Source: Callorhinchus milii
Taxonomy: Eukaryota
Length of the DNA stretch: 64,000 bases
Direction of reading: 5' to 3'
NCBI RefSeq assembly: GCF_018977255.1
Contig: NW_024704743.1
Coordinates: 39,558,001-39,622,000 of the forward strand
The translations under genes and the position numbers were made by a program. Shown piece by piece: positions 11,485-24,155 of this stretch (its first letter is position 1; every line of letters starts with the position of its first letter). Under the pieces are notes generated by a model. That model worked only from the letters and a program-made list of their open reading frames with translations. It had not been told where the DNA came from and ran no database searches.

Positions 11485-12263
11485 TGGTCCTGTAGCTAAA
11501 ACAGTAGGAGTACTTGACTCCCAACTGGAGGGTCGTGTGTTTGAATCCCAGCGCTGCCTGTCATCATAGCTCCCTCACCTCAGTTGAGCGAGTCTCATCA
11601 GTCCCTGGGCAAGCTGCAGGTGAACTGCAATGCAAAAATAAGTTGTTCCATGATCAGGAGGCAAGACATCAATATTTAATTCTCTGATTCACCACTCTTA
11701 TGTATCACCCACAATATATACAGTCAATTCACTTTACAATACATTCTGTGACAACAACAACAACAACAAGGTTTCATTTATAGAGCGCCCTTCACGTCAG
11801 GAGGACGTCCCAAGGCGCTGGACAGTTGGGCCAGGACCCGAGCAGGGGGGAAATGGTCAGGGTGAAGGGAGGGAAGGCGGGGAGCAAGGAGGGGGTATAG
11901 AGTTGAGAGGGGAGCTGAAGGCACGGTCAAAGAGAAAAGTCTTGAGACCGGCCCTGAAGGAGAAAAGGGAGGAAGCGGCGAAGGCACTGGGGGATGGAGT
12001 CTAGATAGAGCCTCGGGGCTGAGAGGCTGAAGGCCCGGCCACCGATGGTAAGGCAGTTGGGGCAGGAGATGTGGAGCAGACCGGAGCCAGAGGAACAGAG
12101 GGTACGGGCAGATAAGTAGGGGGATAGTAGGTCGGAGAGGTAGGAGGGAGCAAGGCCGTGAATGGCCTTGTAGGTGAGGATGAGGATCTTGAATTCAACG
12201 TGCTTTGAGATGTCTCAAAGACGTGATAAGGTGCTATATCAAATGCAAGGATTATTATTATTA
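11485..12263 (+). mobile_element. Second tRNA-headed SINE family copy, interrupted by an L2
   Basis: Head 'ggtcctgtagct...gtttgaatccc'; body runs to ...ctgtga (~11750), resumes 'cgtgctttgagatgtctc' (~12199) and ends in an (ATT)n tail. Confidence 0.6.
11750..12197 (-). mobile_element. Young L2 LINE 3' fragment nested in a SINE
   Basis: Closely matches the reverse complement of 50055-50500, with a (CAA)n tail. Confidence 0.9.
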
Positions 12264-13074
12264 TGTCTCTCTGGCTGAGAGCAACATTAGCATTTGGCTC
12301 AGCGTTTCCTGCAGAGCAAATCGTTCAGATCTTCAGGCTGGAGATGCATCTATGATGTTGAAAAGTACTAGTCAGGGGGAAAGAAAGTTGTAAATATTGG
12401 GAGAACAATGTACAGAAAATTTAAACAAGTAATGATTTTTACTGGAGTCTAAATAATCAATCCACTGAAGCACTGGACCTCTAAGAACATAAGAACATAT
12501 ACAATTGCTCGGCAATAGACCAAGGTCCATCCAATGTGCCTCCCACCATCCTGGCAGTCGCATGACATGCCATGTCCCAACTATATATTGTATCCCAAGA
12601 TATTATTTTGTAACAAAAATCTATCTAATTTGTTATTGAATAAATCAACACTTTCTGCCTCCACTGTCTCCTTAGGGAGCATGTTCCATATGTTTACTAC
12701 TTGCTCACTGAAGTAATATTTCGCGGATTTGTTCTGAATTTACCCCCCCCTTCAATAGCATAATCAATTATAGTCTAAATCAGTTCAACAATCTGACCTG
12801 ATGAAAACCAAATACTGTGCTGCTTGAAACATGGTTATTGGTTCAGAAACATAAGGATAAGTAAAGAAATGGATATTTAGAATTGAAGACTTGGGAAATT
12901 CTGAATGTTTGATTGCTGCTCAAGGTGCAGCTCATTCACTTCATGGCTGTTTGTGGGAAATTACTGTGCACAAATTGGCTGCTGTGTTTGCCTACAAATT
13001 TTACTTTAGGATGCACCAAGACAGTACATGAGGATTTTTTTTCAGATTTCCAACATCTGCAGTATTCTGCGTTT

Positions 13075-13330
13075 AGCAGAACAAGAGGACATAGGTTTGG
13101 AGTTGAAAAGGGCAATTTCAGGACAGATACCAGAATGTTTTTCTTTACTCAGAGGGTAATTAATGCCTGGAACAGTTTGTTAAGTAAGGTGGTTGAGGCC
13201 AAGGCACAACTGATTTTAAAAAAAAGGTTGTTACTGTGATGTGAGGGTTGCAGGAGGGGGGCTGGTGGGGTATTCTGGAAGATGAGACCTGATGGGCTGA
13301 AGGGCCTTCTTCATCCAAACCAATAGTAAT
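13075..13330 (+). mobile_element. CR1-type LINE 3' fragment
   Basis: Translates to SRTRGH...FFFTQRVINAWNSL, the typical CR1 ORF2 C-terminus. Confidence 0.8.
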
Positions 13331-14551
13331 ATAATAATAATAATCCTTGCATTTCATATAGCGCTTTTCACGTCTTCTAGATGTCTGAAAGCACTTCACA
13401 GAATATACTGTATACTTGTGGGCGAAACGTGGCAGCCAATTTTGTTTATTAATAAATCAATAAATAATAAATAATAAATCAATCTTGTGATCTTGTGAAT
13501 AAATAGTAGCTACAGTTTACAAAAAGCAATATTATTCAACTGCTGTTTACTTAATGGCTTGACAGGGTTTATACTTCAGTATCTGTATTTATCACTGTTC
13601 CTTTATGTCTGAAAGAGTTCAACTGAATTGTACAATGACATCTTTTGATGCATCAAACTCCCATTTCATGTAATGAATTGGAAATGATAATGGATTAATG
13701 CCGAAATAATTATTCCACCAGCCCCCGTTATCTCATTATTTTTTGAAAGTTGAAAATGACAAATTATTATTATTATTATTTTCTGAGACTACCAGCAGCA
13801 GCAGATAATGGAGGACAAGATGAAGCAGCAATCTGATCAATGTATATTTAAGAGAACTGCCATTACTTAAACTCCAATACATCCATCTTTAGCTTATTGA
13901 ATAAATCCAGCTGAATTTCCAAGAGGTACTTATTTATACTTATACAGGCTGGACTTTGACTGCATCAGCAAAATGCTACAAATTTTAAGCCATTCCTAAA
14001 AACATTTTTTCTGTAGAAAAAAAATCATGACTTTTGGATTTCAGCCTCTACTTCGATTTTATATCCTGGTCGCAATGTTTGAATGCTGCTTTCGAGATAC
14101 CAACTGAGTTAAGATGGTTTCTTGCATTCAGCTGCACTCAAATACTGATCCCAGCGATTAGGAGCAACCAAAGAATGGAGGAAATATCAACTGGAATGAT
14201 GTGCTGAGGCTTGTGTGGACAGAGGGAATGTAAAGTAGATTGTTTAACTCAGGCCATGACAGCAAATCTAGGCGTACGCTTAAAATAAAATGCCCAAAGT
14301 GTTTCTAAATGAGTTTTTTTTCCTCCCCCATCCCCACAGAGTAGTGGATATGTGGAGCAAATTCCCAACACAACACACTGATTCTGAGTCAATTGACTCT
14401 TTAAACATGAATTCAATAAGCATCTGTTTGAGAAACTGTGTTGGAGGATGCAGGGATAGACGTGGATTGAGGTGAACAAGTAATGTATGGTATACAATGA
14501 GCTCTGTACTCTGTGGGGAAATGTTATCAGTGGAGAGAAGGAGTCCAGGGG

Positions 14552-14925
14552 AAGAACTTGCATATTTATAGCAATTCATCACATCGAAATGTCTCAAAGT
14601 GCAATACAGGTAATTACTGTCAAGCAGTGTTTGGTTTTGTACACAAGCACAGCAGGCATCTGCGTCAGCAATGTTCCACAAACAGCCATCGGGTGAATGA
14701 GAATTTAAACTGAGGATTGTTTCCCAGAACACACTAAATTCCTGGAGCAATAGTGTTATTAAATCTTTAATGTCCATTAACAGGAAGACAACAGCTAAGC
14801 ATCTTCCTCCCAATAGGCCTGTGTTAGAGTCTCATGTTGCTGTATGAACTCAAATCGCAATGTGTGGCTTGAATCCGCAAGCTTCTGACACATAGATGAG
14901 AGTGCAACCAACTGAGCCAACCTAA
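14552..14925 (-). mobile_element. Old Deu-type SINE
   Basis: Reverse tRNA head 'gagagtgcaaccaactgagcc', 'gcaatgttccacaaacagc' Deu block, L2-type tail. Confidence 0.65.
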
Positions 14926-17565
14926 CACCCGTGGAGATATCAGATGGATGAATATTCTGGGAGTGTTCGTTTGCCTTTGGGACCAGGGAGCATCTGAGCA
15001 ATATTTTCCCCTATGAGAACTGGGTGAGGTTAGTTTGAAAGGACAAATATGTTTTTCTCATTCCATGTTTGCATTCTGAGTTGATCTACTTTGTATGAAT
15101 CTACACAACAGGTTGCTAAGAGTAAGTTATCATGATTCAGTATTCTTACCAACTGTCGTGATTCAATGCTCTGCTGAAGTTCCACTTAATGTAACAACTA
15201 TAGTGATTTATTTGCATGACTGGGATCCTGCTCAGTGTCACTACTGCTCAGAGCATTTGACTACGTGGATTTTCAGTTCCACTTTTTTAAGATAGTCTGT
15301 TCAGAAGGGGTAGGCAGAGTGATAAATTCATAATTAAATATGTGTTCAAATACTCGTCTACATCATCAACATAACATTCTTTACCTGTTAATGGGTGCTC
15401 ATTTCACTTGTTTGCTGCTTTGTGGTGAAAATATATGGGTTGAGAATCCGTTTCAAGACGAAGAAAGAGTTATCAGTATTTAACACAGTTTTGGCACGGT
15501 TTAGCTATGCTGAGAAACTCTTGGAGCTCAAGAAAGCTCCAAAACCTAGCAACTCCACAAGGCTGGAGAACATATTTATCAACCCCACTTGGGAGCCAGC
15601 ATTTTATTAAGTCATTGTTCCATACTGCTTTCCCAACCAAGGCCTGATTATACAGTATCCTGTGTTGCCAAATTCTTCCCACCCATGTCAATCTCATGCA
15701 CAATAGTGTTGAACAATACATGAATATCCAAAACCATTGCATGGTTTAATGGGAGTCAATGGAGTTATATTAGATGTATGGGCAAAGAGAATAGCTCCCA
15801 ACCACAAAGTGTAATGGGTGTTTCCATTAGTAAACATAGTAGAAAGAAAAACCTTTATGGTTTATTAAACACAAACATAAAATACATAATATAAAACTCT
15901 CTTCCTGTTAGGAAGGGCAATGAACGTTGAAAGATCATCCAGAGGTATATTAAAAAAAGAAGCTTTCTGCCAACTAAATCATATATGGTCACATTTTGGG
16001 GTGACTACAAAGTATAACAATTGAAGCTATTGTACAAATAGCCAGATATAAACATAAACCAATATATGATAGATTGTTTAATAATGGAAATAATGACAAG
16101 ACGCTGAAAATGTGTATGGCATTAGTCAAATACGACAGAGCTGAGGAGCAGGAGTTCAGTGAAGGCTGAGATCCCATTCTGCAACATATCACACAATCTG
16201 TAGGTGCAGCTTTTGCTTCCACCAGTGTCATAAATCAATGTCTAAGTCTGTGGGAAGTGTAAGGCAGTTGAATTTCTCCATGAGATAATAGTCGCAATAT
16301 TCTCATAATTTAGTTTATATTCTTGGCAAGCTAGAAATTGTAGACAGAATCATCCAGGTTCAGAATTTGGGTTTCTCTTTGCCTCAGCCAGAAGGTGATG
16401 TATCTCATAACTCCCTCAATACCACATGGAGTCATTCCACCTGCAACCTATTGCTGTCTTGCCACCTTGAGCAGGAGCGTTGTCCAGTTTGAGTGGGATT
16501 TTAAAAGCAGCCACCCATTTAGTTTCCGCAGCAACCAGTTGATTTCGTCACCAGGTGATGCCACAGGAATATTTGAGGAAAAGGAAACGGATAAAGCATT
16601 ATTGGTCTTGCAGTCTACAGTTACGGGATTAACAAAAGGGAAGTGCCTGGAGTTTCTGAATGTTGATCATTCAGAACAATATATGGTATAATTAGGATGA
16701 CAGTGGAGATCATGACAAAGCCATCTGCCACCAAATTGTTCCATAAATTTTGAAGGATATTCCCAACTTTCTCTTTTTTCCTCTTTACTACTTCATATAA
16801 CTGTGTTTTTGTTAAATTATAATACCTTTAAACCCTATTATTTCTGACATCTTCTGTCTTCTATCATAAAGTTTTGAAAGTGGGAACAACGTCTTTTAAA
16901 AGTAAACATTTCATATGCTGAAAATCAGTGGAATGACCTCCGCAATTACGGGGGTGTTGGTAAAGTCTGGAAAATCGTCTTGTGATGGTTATGCCTGGGT
17001 ACCATTCAAGGTTTTGTGCATGCTCAGTAGGGTGTGTTTGACTGGAAGGCCCGCGTGTTTCCTTTGGTTGAGGTAAAATAAACAGTTCATAATTTTTACT
17101 TAGTGTGAGCTTTAATTCCTCAAAGTTAAAAAGGAAATAAGAGGGAAAATAGATTGTATGCAAAAAGATTAGCAGGTAATTTAAAAAGGGAACCCTAAGG
17201 TATTTTATAAGCAAATAAAGAATAAAAGGTTAGTCAAAGGTAGGGTGGGTCCAATTAGGGACTAAAGAGGGAATCTTCTTGTGGAGACTGAGGGCATGGC
17301 TGATGTACTGAATGAGAACTTTGCATCTGTCTTCACAAAAGAAGAGGATGCAGCCAATGCCACAGCATTGCAGGAGAGTTTAGAGAAATTAGATAAGATA
17401 AGAATAAACCGAAAGGAGGTTCTAAAAAAGGTTGTCAGTGCTCAAGGTAGATACGTCACCCGGTCCGGACGGGATGCATCCCTAGGTTACTTAGGAAAGT
17501 AAGGATGGAAATAACCGAGACTCTGGTCACAATCTTTCAATCCTCCTCGGATACCGGGGTGGTGC

Positions 17566-18329
17566 TGTCGGAATGTAAAAAGACTAAAATATGTAAAGTA
17601 CAGAGTGTTTGGACTATGATAAGATTAAAGTTGTTTTTTAAGCAACAATGTAGATAAATTAGAGCAGAACCAGTGTCCTTGTCCTGTCTGTCTGCAAATG
17701 TATAATTAAACTTGTGATGACTGAATATTGCTTGTCAATCAACAGTAAGAATTGTTTTGAGACATGAGGTGATCGCAAATAATCATGTATATAAACTGAT
17801 GGGACCGCCCCATTGGTAGAGGGAGAGTACCGACTCTTCTGAGAGACGTGCAATTGTATTGCCTCTCGCTTTCCCTGTCCTTGCTGCAAGTATTAAATAA
17901 ACTATATTTCTGAGCTAACTCTGATTGTGAGTGTTCGTTTAATCCTAGTTATAAGCGACTACATCCTGGGTTTGATAATTTGGAGGTTCCACCGAGATGG
18001 TATGCCTATGAGCATTCGGGAAACGGACGACTAAAGGGAGGATTGTTAGTGAATAAATTTCACCGGTATATAAACGGTAAGCCTTTGCTTACATTGAAAT
18101 TGTTTACTCTCAGTTTTGACCATTTTATTCCGCTCCTGGTGTTGATGGCACTACCATCTAGTGTCTAAATTGTAGTCTGTTCTAAGACACAAACTGGCTA
18201 GAAAAGTGTACGCCTAAGGTAATTCCCTCTTCTTGCTGCAAGTATTGAATAAACTATATTTCTGAGCTAACTCTGTTTGTGAGTCTTCATTTAATCCTAG
18301 CTATAAGCGACTACATCCTGGGTTCGACA
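17566..18329 (+). mobile_element. Internally deleted endogenous retrovirus (5' LTR, PBS, leader, 3' R/U5)
   Basis: Termini TGTCG...CGACA; 4-bp TSD gtgc/atgc inside CR1; 107-bp direct repeat 17871-17977 vs 18223-18329 (9 mismatches); TATATAAA 17788; AATAAA 17896 and 18248. Confidence 0.9.
17981..17998 (+). promoter_or_regulatory. Retroviral primer-binding site complementary to tRNA-Gln
   Basis: TGGAGGTTCCACCGAGAT is the reverse complement of the vertebrate tRNA-Gln 3' end ATCTCGGTGGAACCT-CCA; it lies 3 nt after the 5' LTR. Confidence 0.9.
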
Positions 18330-20130
18330 ATGCCAGAGGACTGGAGGGTTGCAAATGTTACTCCCCTGTACAAAAAGAGGCAGAAGGATAAACCCGGGAA
18401 CAACAGGCCAGTCAGCCTAACGTCAGTAGTGGGGAAACTTCTAGGGACTATAATCTGGGACAAAATCAATTTTCATTTAGAAAAATATGGGTTAATGAAA
18501 GTCAGCCAACACAGATTAGTTAAAGGCAGATCATGTCTAACAAACCCAATAGAGGTTTTTGATGAAATAAATGGAGAAGGTGGATGAAGGTAGTGCAGTT
18601 GATATAGTTTATATGGATTTTTATTTTGATAAAGTGCCACATAAGAGACTTGTAAGCAAAATAGAAGCACACTGTATTAAAGGGGCAGTGGCAGCATGGA
18701 TACAGAACTGGCTGGGAGACCAAAAGCAGAGAGTAGTGGTGAACAATTATTTTTCTGACTGGAGGGAACTGTATAGTGGTGTCCCCCAGGGGTCAGTATT
18801 GGGACCACTGCTGTTTTGATCTATATAAATGACCTGGACTTGGGCATAAGGAGTACAGTTTCCAAGTTTGCAGATGATACTAAGCTAGGAAAAGTATTAA
18901 ACAGTGAAGAGGATAGGAGCAGACTGCAAAAGGACATAGACAGACTGCTAAAATGGGCAGACGTGGCAGATGAAGCTTATTGTGGAGAAATGCAAAGTGA
19001 TGCATTTTGGGAGGAAGAATGAGGAGAGGAAATATAATCTTAAAGGTGTGAAGGAACAGAGAGACCTGGGGTTTCATATAAGTAAATCTTTGAAGGTGGC
19101 AGGACAGGTAGATAAAGCTGTCAAAAAAGCATACGGGACACTAGGCTTTATAATTAGAGGCACAGAATACAGAAGTTATGATGAACCTTTATAAAACACT
19201 GGTTAGGCCTCAGCGAGAGTACTGTGTTCAGTTCTGAGCACCACACTTAAGGAAAGATGTCAAGGCATTGGAGAGGGTGCAAAGGAGATTGACCAAGATG
19301 GTACCAGGAATAGAGGTTTCAGTTATATGGAGAGGCTAGAGAAGCTAGGATTATTCTCCTTGGAGCAGAGAAGGTTAAGAGGAGACTTAATTGAAATTTT
19401 CAATATTATGAGGGGATTCGATAGGGTGAACGAGGAGAAACTATTTCCACTGGCAGGTGCGTCGGTAACCTGAGGACACCGATTTAAAATAGTTGCTAAA
19501 AGAAACAAGGGAGGGGAGGAGAATTTTTTTTACACAGCGAGTTGTTCGGATCTGGAATGCACTGCCTGAAAGGGTGGTGGAAGCCGATTTGATAACAGCT
19601 TTTAAGGGATAAGATAAGATAATTATTTGGGGAGGACTAGTTTGCAGGGCTATGGGGAGAGAGTAGGGGAGTGGGATTGAATTTCAAATAGCCAGCACAG
19701 ACACAATGGGCCGAATGACCTCCTTCTGTGCTATATCATTCTATGATTCTATGATTTATGACAGGTGATTTATGACCCTTCCCCTTGCTTGGGAAACGTT
19801 ACATGTTCCAACTCAGCAAGCAATCAATCGGTCAAGCTTTGAACTGGGATCTAAGTGGAGTTTCCTGACAAGGTCAAGAACTGTGATCTCTTTGGCCTGG
19901 GATCAAGATTGCTCCCCAGTTTATGCAGGAGGCATTTAGTTGGAAATTAACTATTCCCGGTTTATGACAGGGGATAGACAAAGAGTCTCTTCTACCATAT
20001 CTCAAGCAACTGAGCCTGAAATGTAAGCTTAGAAGATCAGACCATTTTTCACCAGTGTGAACCTTTATCTTTTTAACCAGCCATTGATGTAGTCTTCCTG
20101 ATTGATAGAGACAAATAAAGAAAAACTTAC

Positions 20131-20327
20131 TTGTAGTTTTATACGATACACAGGAACTGGATGGAGATCTGCTAGATTTATTTCACTTAGACCCTTAGAG
20201 ACAGGAAAGCAAGGAAGCTTCAATTGAATCAATCTGGACTGGTTTTGAAGCAGGTTCTGGAAGTAAACGTACTGTGCTTGCATGTGTTCAACTTCCGTGG
20301 AGTCAAACTGCTGACTCGTACTCATAT
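20131..20327 (-). pseudogene. Putative exon 5 of an IL-6-family-like cytokine (helix C, CD loop, start of helix D)
   Basis: Acceptor tttcattgcag, donor CAA|gtaagt, 65 open codons (MSTSQQFDSTEVEHMQAQYVYFQNLLQNQ...HPVPVYRIKLQ); family assignment is by eye. Confidence 0.55.
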
Positions 20328-20549
20328 CTGCAATGAAATTTCAATTCTAATTTGATGGCTATCTTGGCAACAAAACAAATACCACCTCTGAGCTCCACGC
20401 AAAAGATTGGTGCTTCAGATGAGAAATGTAATAACAGCACAGCAGGAAATGTTGAATTCTGCAAGACATCCAATGAGGCTCTTACAGGTCAATAGCCACA
20501 TCAATAGAATTGCTCCCTCGCTTACCCAGTCCACTGGTAACAGTATTAA

Positions 20550-20952
20550 CAAAGATCAAAATCTCATCCTCATCCTTGTATTCAAATCCCTCCACTCCTC
20601 TGCATCATTGCTACCTCTCTGACCTCCTCTCTCCTCAAAACAGTACCCGTTGCCTTCGTTCCTCCGGGTCTGGCCTCCTCCGAGTCCCCCGAGTCCCCCG
20701 CTCCACCCTCGGTGGATGTGCCTTCAGCCACTATACCCCGAGACTCTGGAATTCCCTTCCTCACTCCCTTCACCTCTCCCCCTCTCTTCCTAATTTCAGG
20801 TCCCTGCTGAAGACCTTTCTTTTCGACCGCGCCTTTGGTCACCTTCCTTCCCCTGCCCCTGGCTATGGCCCAGTATCCGTTACTCCAAAGCGCTCTGAGA
20901 CACCGTCCGACGTGGAGGGCGCTATATAGATCCAAGTTGTTGTTGTTGTTGT
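20550..20952 (+). mobile_element. L2 LINE 3' fragment (second subfamily; also 43895-44247 + and 56898-57310 -)
   Basis: [31 protein letters not shown]; (TTG)n tail. Confidence 0.88.
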
Positions 20953-21341
20953 AGGAGGATGTAGACTGTGCCATTATTTTGAAAATTTAAACAACTTTGC
21001 GCTTAATTTCTTTTTCTCTAAAACATGAGACCTTAGGCAACTTTCCTTACTCCACACGCCTGTTTAGCTAGCAGAAAATAGGAACCCGGTTGTTAGACGA
21101 TTGGCAGATTGTTTTCTGGGCATAACAAGCTCTGAAAAAAAAATTGGCACTCAATCCACTCCTGTTTGTGGGACACTGCTGTGCGCCATTCCTGTGAAGC
21201 TCTTTGAGATGTCTCAACGATATGATAAGACGTTATATAAAACACAAGGATTATTATTATTATTAATCCTCTGAAGGGTTTGAGATGTTTCGACAATGTG
21301 ATGAGATGCTATATCAAATTATTATTATTTATTCTTGTTGT

Positions 21342-21660
21342 GGAGTCCTGTAGCTCAGTGGTTAGAGCACTCGCTTTGCAAGCGAGAGACCTGGGTTCAA
21401 TTCCAGGCAGGGCGAAACCTTGGGCAAGTTTCCTTACTCCACACGCCTAATAATAATCCCTCCAAAACCAAAAACAATAATAAAATTGGTCATTTTCAAT
21501 CTACGACTGTTTGTGGGACATTGCTGTGCGCAATTGGCTGCCGCGTTCGCCCACAAATATACAGTCAATTCACTTTACAGTGTGTTCTGTGAAGTGTTTT
21601 GGGACGTCCTCCAGACGTGAAAAGCGCTATATCAAATGCAAGGATTATTATTATTATTAT
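21342..21660 (+). mobile_element. Young tRNA-Ala SINE, short variant, full length
   Basis: Near-identical to 1675-2000. Confidence 0.92.
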
Positions 21661-21977
21661 GAGTTTATTTATTTGGCATTCTGAGTCCCCAGTCTAAGCA
21701 ATCCTATTCTGTTTGTGAATTGTTTTTATTGTGTTGCTCTAACGTACATAAGTTACTGATACAGTGAGCTCTCGCCCTTTTTCTAATACTTTACATCTGA
21801 TATGGAACCATGTGAAAGTGGTTGCTGCTTTATTGAGGGGAATCCCATTATAACAGCTTTTAATAGAGTCCTGCCATGTTCAGGTCGACCCATGCTAACT
21901 GGAAACACCAAGCTTCTGATCCTGACTAACCAGCTTCCCAGGCCAAAAAATATCCTACTTCTGTTGATGTCACCTTT

Positions 21978-22328
21978 TAATAATAATAATCCTTGATAAG
22001 AGCCTTATCACGTCTTCGAGATGTCTCAAAGTGCTTCACAGAATATACTGTAAAGTGAATTGACTGTATATTTTGTGGGCGAAAAGCGGCAGCCAATTGC
22101 GCACAGCAGTGTCCCACAAAGTCATGGATTGAAGTGACCAAATTATTATTTTTTTTTTTGAAGGGATTATTACCCCCGGAAAAGCGAAACTCCAATTGCT
22201 TAACAACCGGGTTCTTACTTACAGCTAGGCAAATAGAGGCATGTGGAGTAAGGAGATTTGCCCAACATTTCACTCTGCCGGGAATTGAACCCAGGTCTCT
22301 CAGTTGCGAGGTGAGTGGTCTAACCACC
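21978..22328 (-). mobile_element. tRNA SINE, long variant, followed by an inverted partial copy at 22329-22478
   Basis: Reverse head 'gaattgaacccaggtctctc', Deu-like block, (AAT)n. Confidence 0.85.
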
Positions 22329-22794
22329 AAAAAAAAACAATAATAATTTGGTCACTTAATCCACGACTGTTTGTGAGACACTGCTGTGCGCAATTGGCTG
22401 CTAGTTTCGCCCACAAATATAAAGTCAATACATGAAAAGCGCCATGTCAAATGCAAGAATTATTATTATTATTATTATCATAGAACTTCATATATGCGTA
22501 TGTATGTTTCACATAGGCAAGTATTGAGGGTATGGTGTATGTGTGCTGTGCATATAATGTGTTGCAAGGGACATCAGTGGTGACTTGAAATCAACCATTT
22601 CTGTAATGCTTTCTGTAAGCTGCAATCAGTGAGGTATTGGATCCAGCCGACTAAGTTAATGTGAGGTTTTTCTGTTGATGCACTAATTGTAAATGATGCA
22701 TTGATTTATTCTGAATGTACAGTGCAAAGGAAAATTGCCTTTAAAAGCTCCTTTGGCTAATATTTCACACAGAATTAGTCTGTAAGACTTTTGT

Positions 22795-23040
22795 TTGGCC
22801 AGCCGGGTGTCTGACACATGCAGAAACCCATCACCATGCCTAAGAGTATCCAAACCAAGCTGAGATTTCCATGTATTTCAACTGCACATCGAAATCCCAG
22901 AGATAGATTGTTGGAATGGAATGCGCACTCTCTCTCTGGAGGGATATATCCTGCTGACCTAATTCTGGAGGTGCAGGTTGGCAAGAGCCAAGGCTTGGGG
23001 ACCTCAGATTGTGGGTTGGGAAACTGCTGGCATCCAGAGG
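22795..23040 (+). repeat. Unclassified ancient dispersed repeat, copy 2
   Basis: 'ttggccagccgggtgtctgacacatg...gaatgcgcactc...ggcaagagccaaggcttggg' matches the reverse complement of 59675-59902. Confidence 0.75.
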
Positions 23041-23464
23041 TAACATACTGGTTGTAAGACTAGTTTGTAAGACCAAGTCCTAAGATCATGCATAATCGTA
23101 GAAAATTCTTAAGTCACAAAGCTGCTTTTAAATCTTTTTAAGAAAATGGAAAAATCGACTTCTAAATTAAGACAGCATTTTCCACAGTTCTGCTCATCAA
23201 CAATTTTAAGATAAAATGGTCTTACTGGCTAAGAGGAGCTTGAACATCAGGCTTCAGTTTTTTTTCACATATTTTATCAAGAATGGTCAACCTCGTTTAA
23301 CGTGTGACTCTTAGAAAAGGAAATATTGTCTTACAATGAGTAGAGAGATACAAATAGGAGCAAAAACAACAACTTACATTTGTATAGCAGTTTAAAGCCA
23401 GCATTACAATTCTGCACTTTTTAATCTATTGCGCCAACAGTATCCAATTTAACAACCACTGTGG

Positions 23465-23760
23465 AAGTTTAGCCCTCCAGTATGAATCCAGCCTACGCTG
23501 ATGAATTGAAAATCTTCTTTCTTTGACAGATCTGAGGCTCCTGTGTGAACAAACTGAGTTCAGGCAATTTTATTTCTGTTTCTTGATAATGTAAGCTCAC
23601 AGTACAAGAATATCCATAATTCAGTGCTAGTTGGGACTGAGGTGGAAGCTTATTCAGAGAGGCTGTAAGGACTGGTAGTGAGGGAAACTGAAATGCTACA
23701 ATGTAGCTCTTTTAAAGTTGGGTTCAAAGTGTACCATTGGGTAGAATGGTTTCTTTACTG
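23465..23760 (+). mobile_element. LF-SINE-like relic
   Basis: Collinear motifs gaatccagcc / cctgtgtgaa / tgagtt / gctagttgg / cagagaggc / ggactg resemble the LF-SINE consensus as recalled; not aligned computationally. Confidence 0.45.
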
Positions 23761-23894
23761 TTTAATTCTTTTTCCACGTTTACTGCACTGTTACCAGCAG
23801 TGTGGAATTTGATTATAAAACATTAAAACTGGTTTCATATGAATGGGCTACCAACCTGTTTAGAGGCTGATTTGTTAGCTCCTCCTAAGAATAT

Positions 23895-24155
23895 AATAAT
23901 AATAATTGCATTTTATATAGCGCCTTAACACGTCTTCAAGATGTCTCAAATATACTGTAAAGGGAACTGACTGTATATTTTGTGGGAGTAACAGGCATCC
24001 AATTGCGCACTGCAGTGTCCACAAACAATCATGGATCGAATGATTTTTTGGGGGGAAGTGATTATTACCCCCGGAAAAGCAATCTGCCAATCGACTAACA
24101 ACCGGGTTCCTGCTTACTGCGAGGTAAACAGGCATGTGGAGTAAGGAAACTTGCC
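23895..24155 (-). mobile_element. tRNA SINE, long variant, 5'-truncated; abuts an L2 fragment (24155-24320, +)
   Basis: Homology to the other SINE copies. Confidence 0.8.

Larger units (their letters stand above)
17140..19756 (+). mobile_element. 5'-truncated CR1 LINE (degraded ORF2 RT), split by an ERV
   Basis: ORF pieces [57 protein letters not shown]; (ATTCTATG)n tail at ~19737-19756. Confidence 0.95.

Noticed and set aside
20081..20118. Plus-strand vWA-like motif IDVVFLID after an acceptor-like site
   Set aside because: A stop follows three codons later and there is no DxSxS MIDAS motif; likely chance
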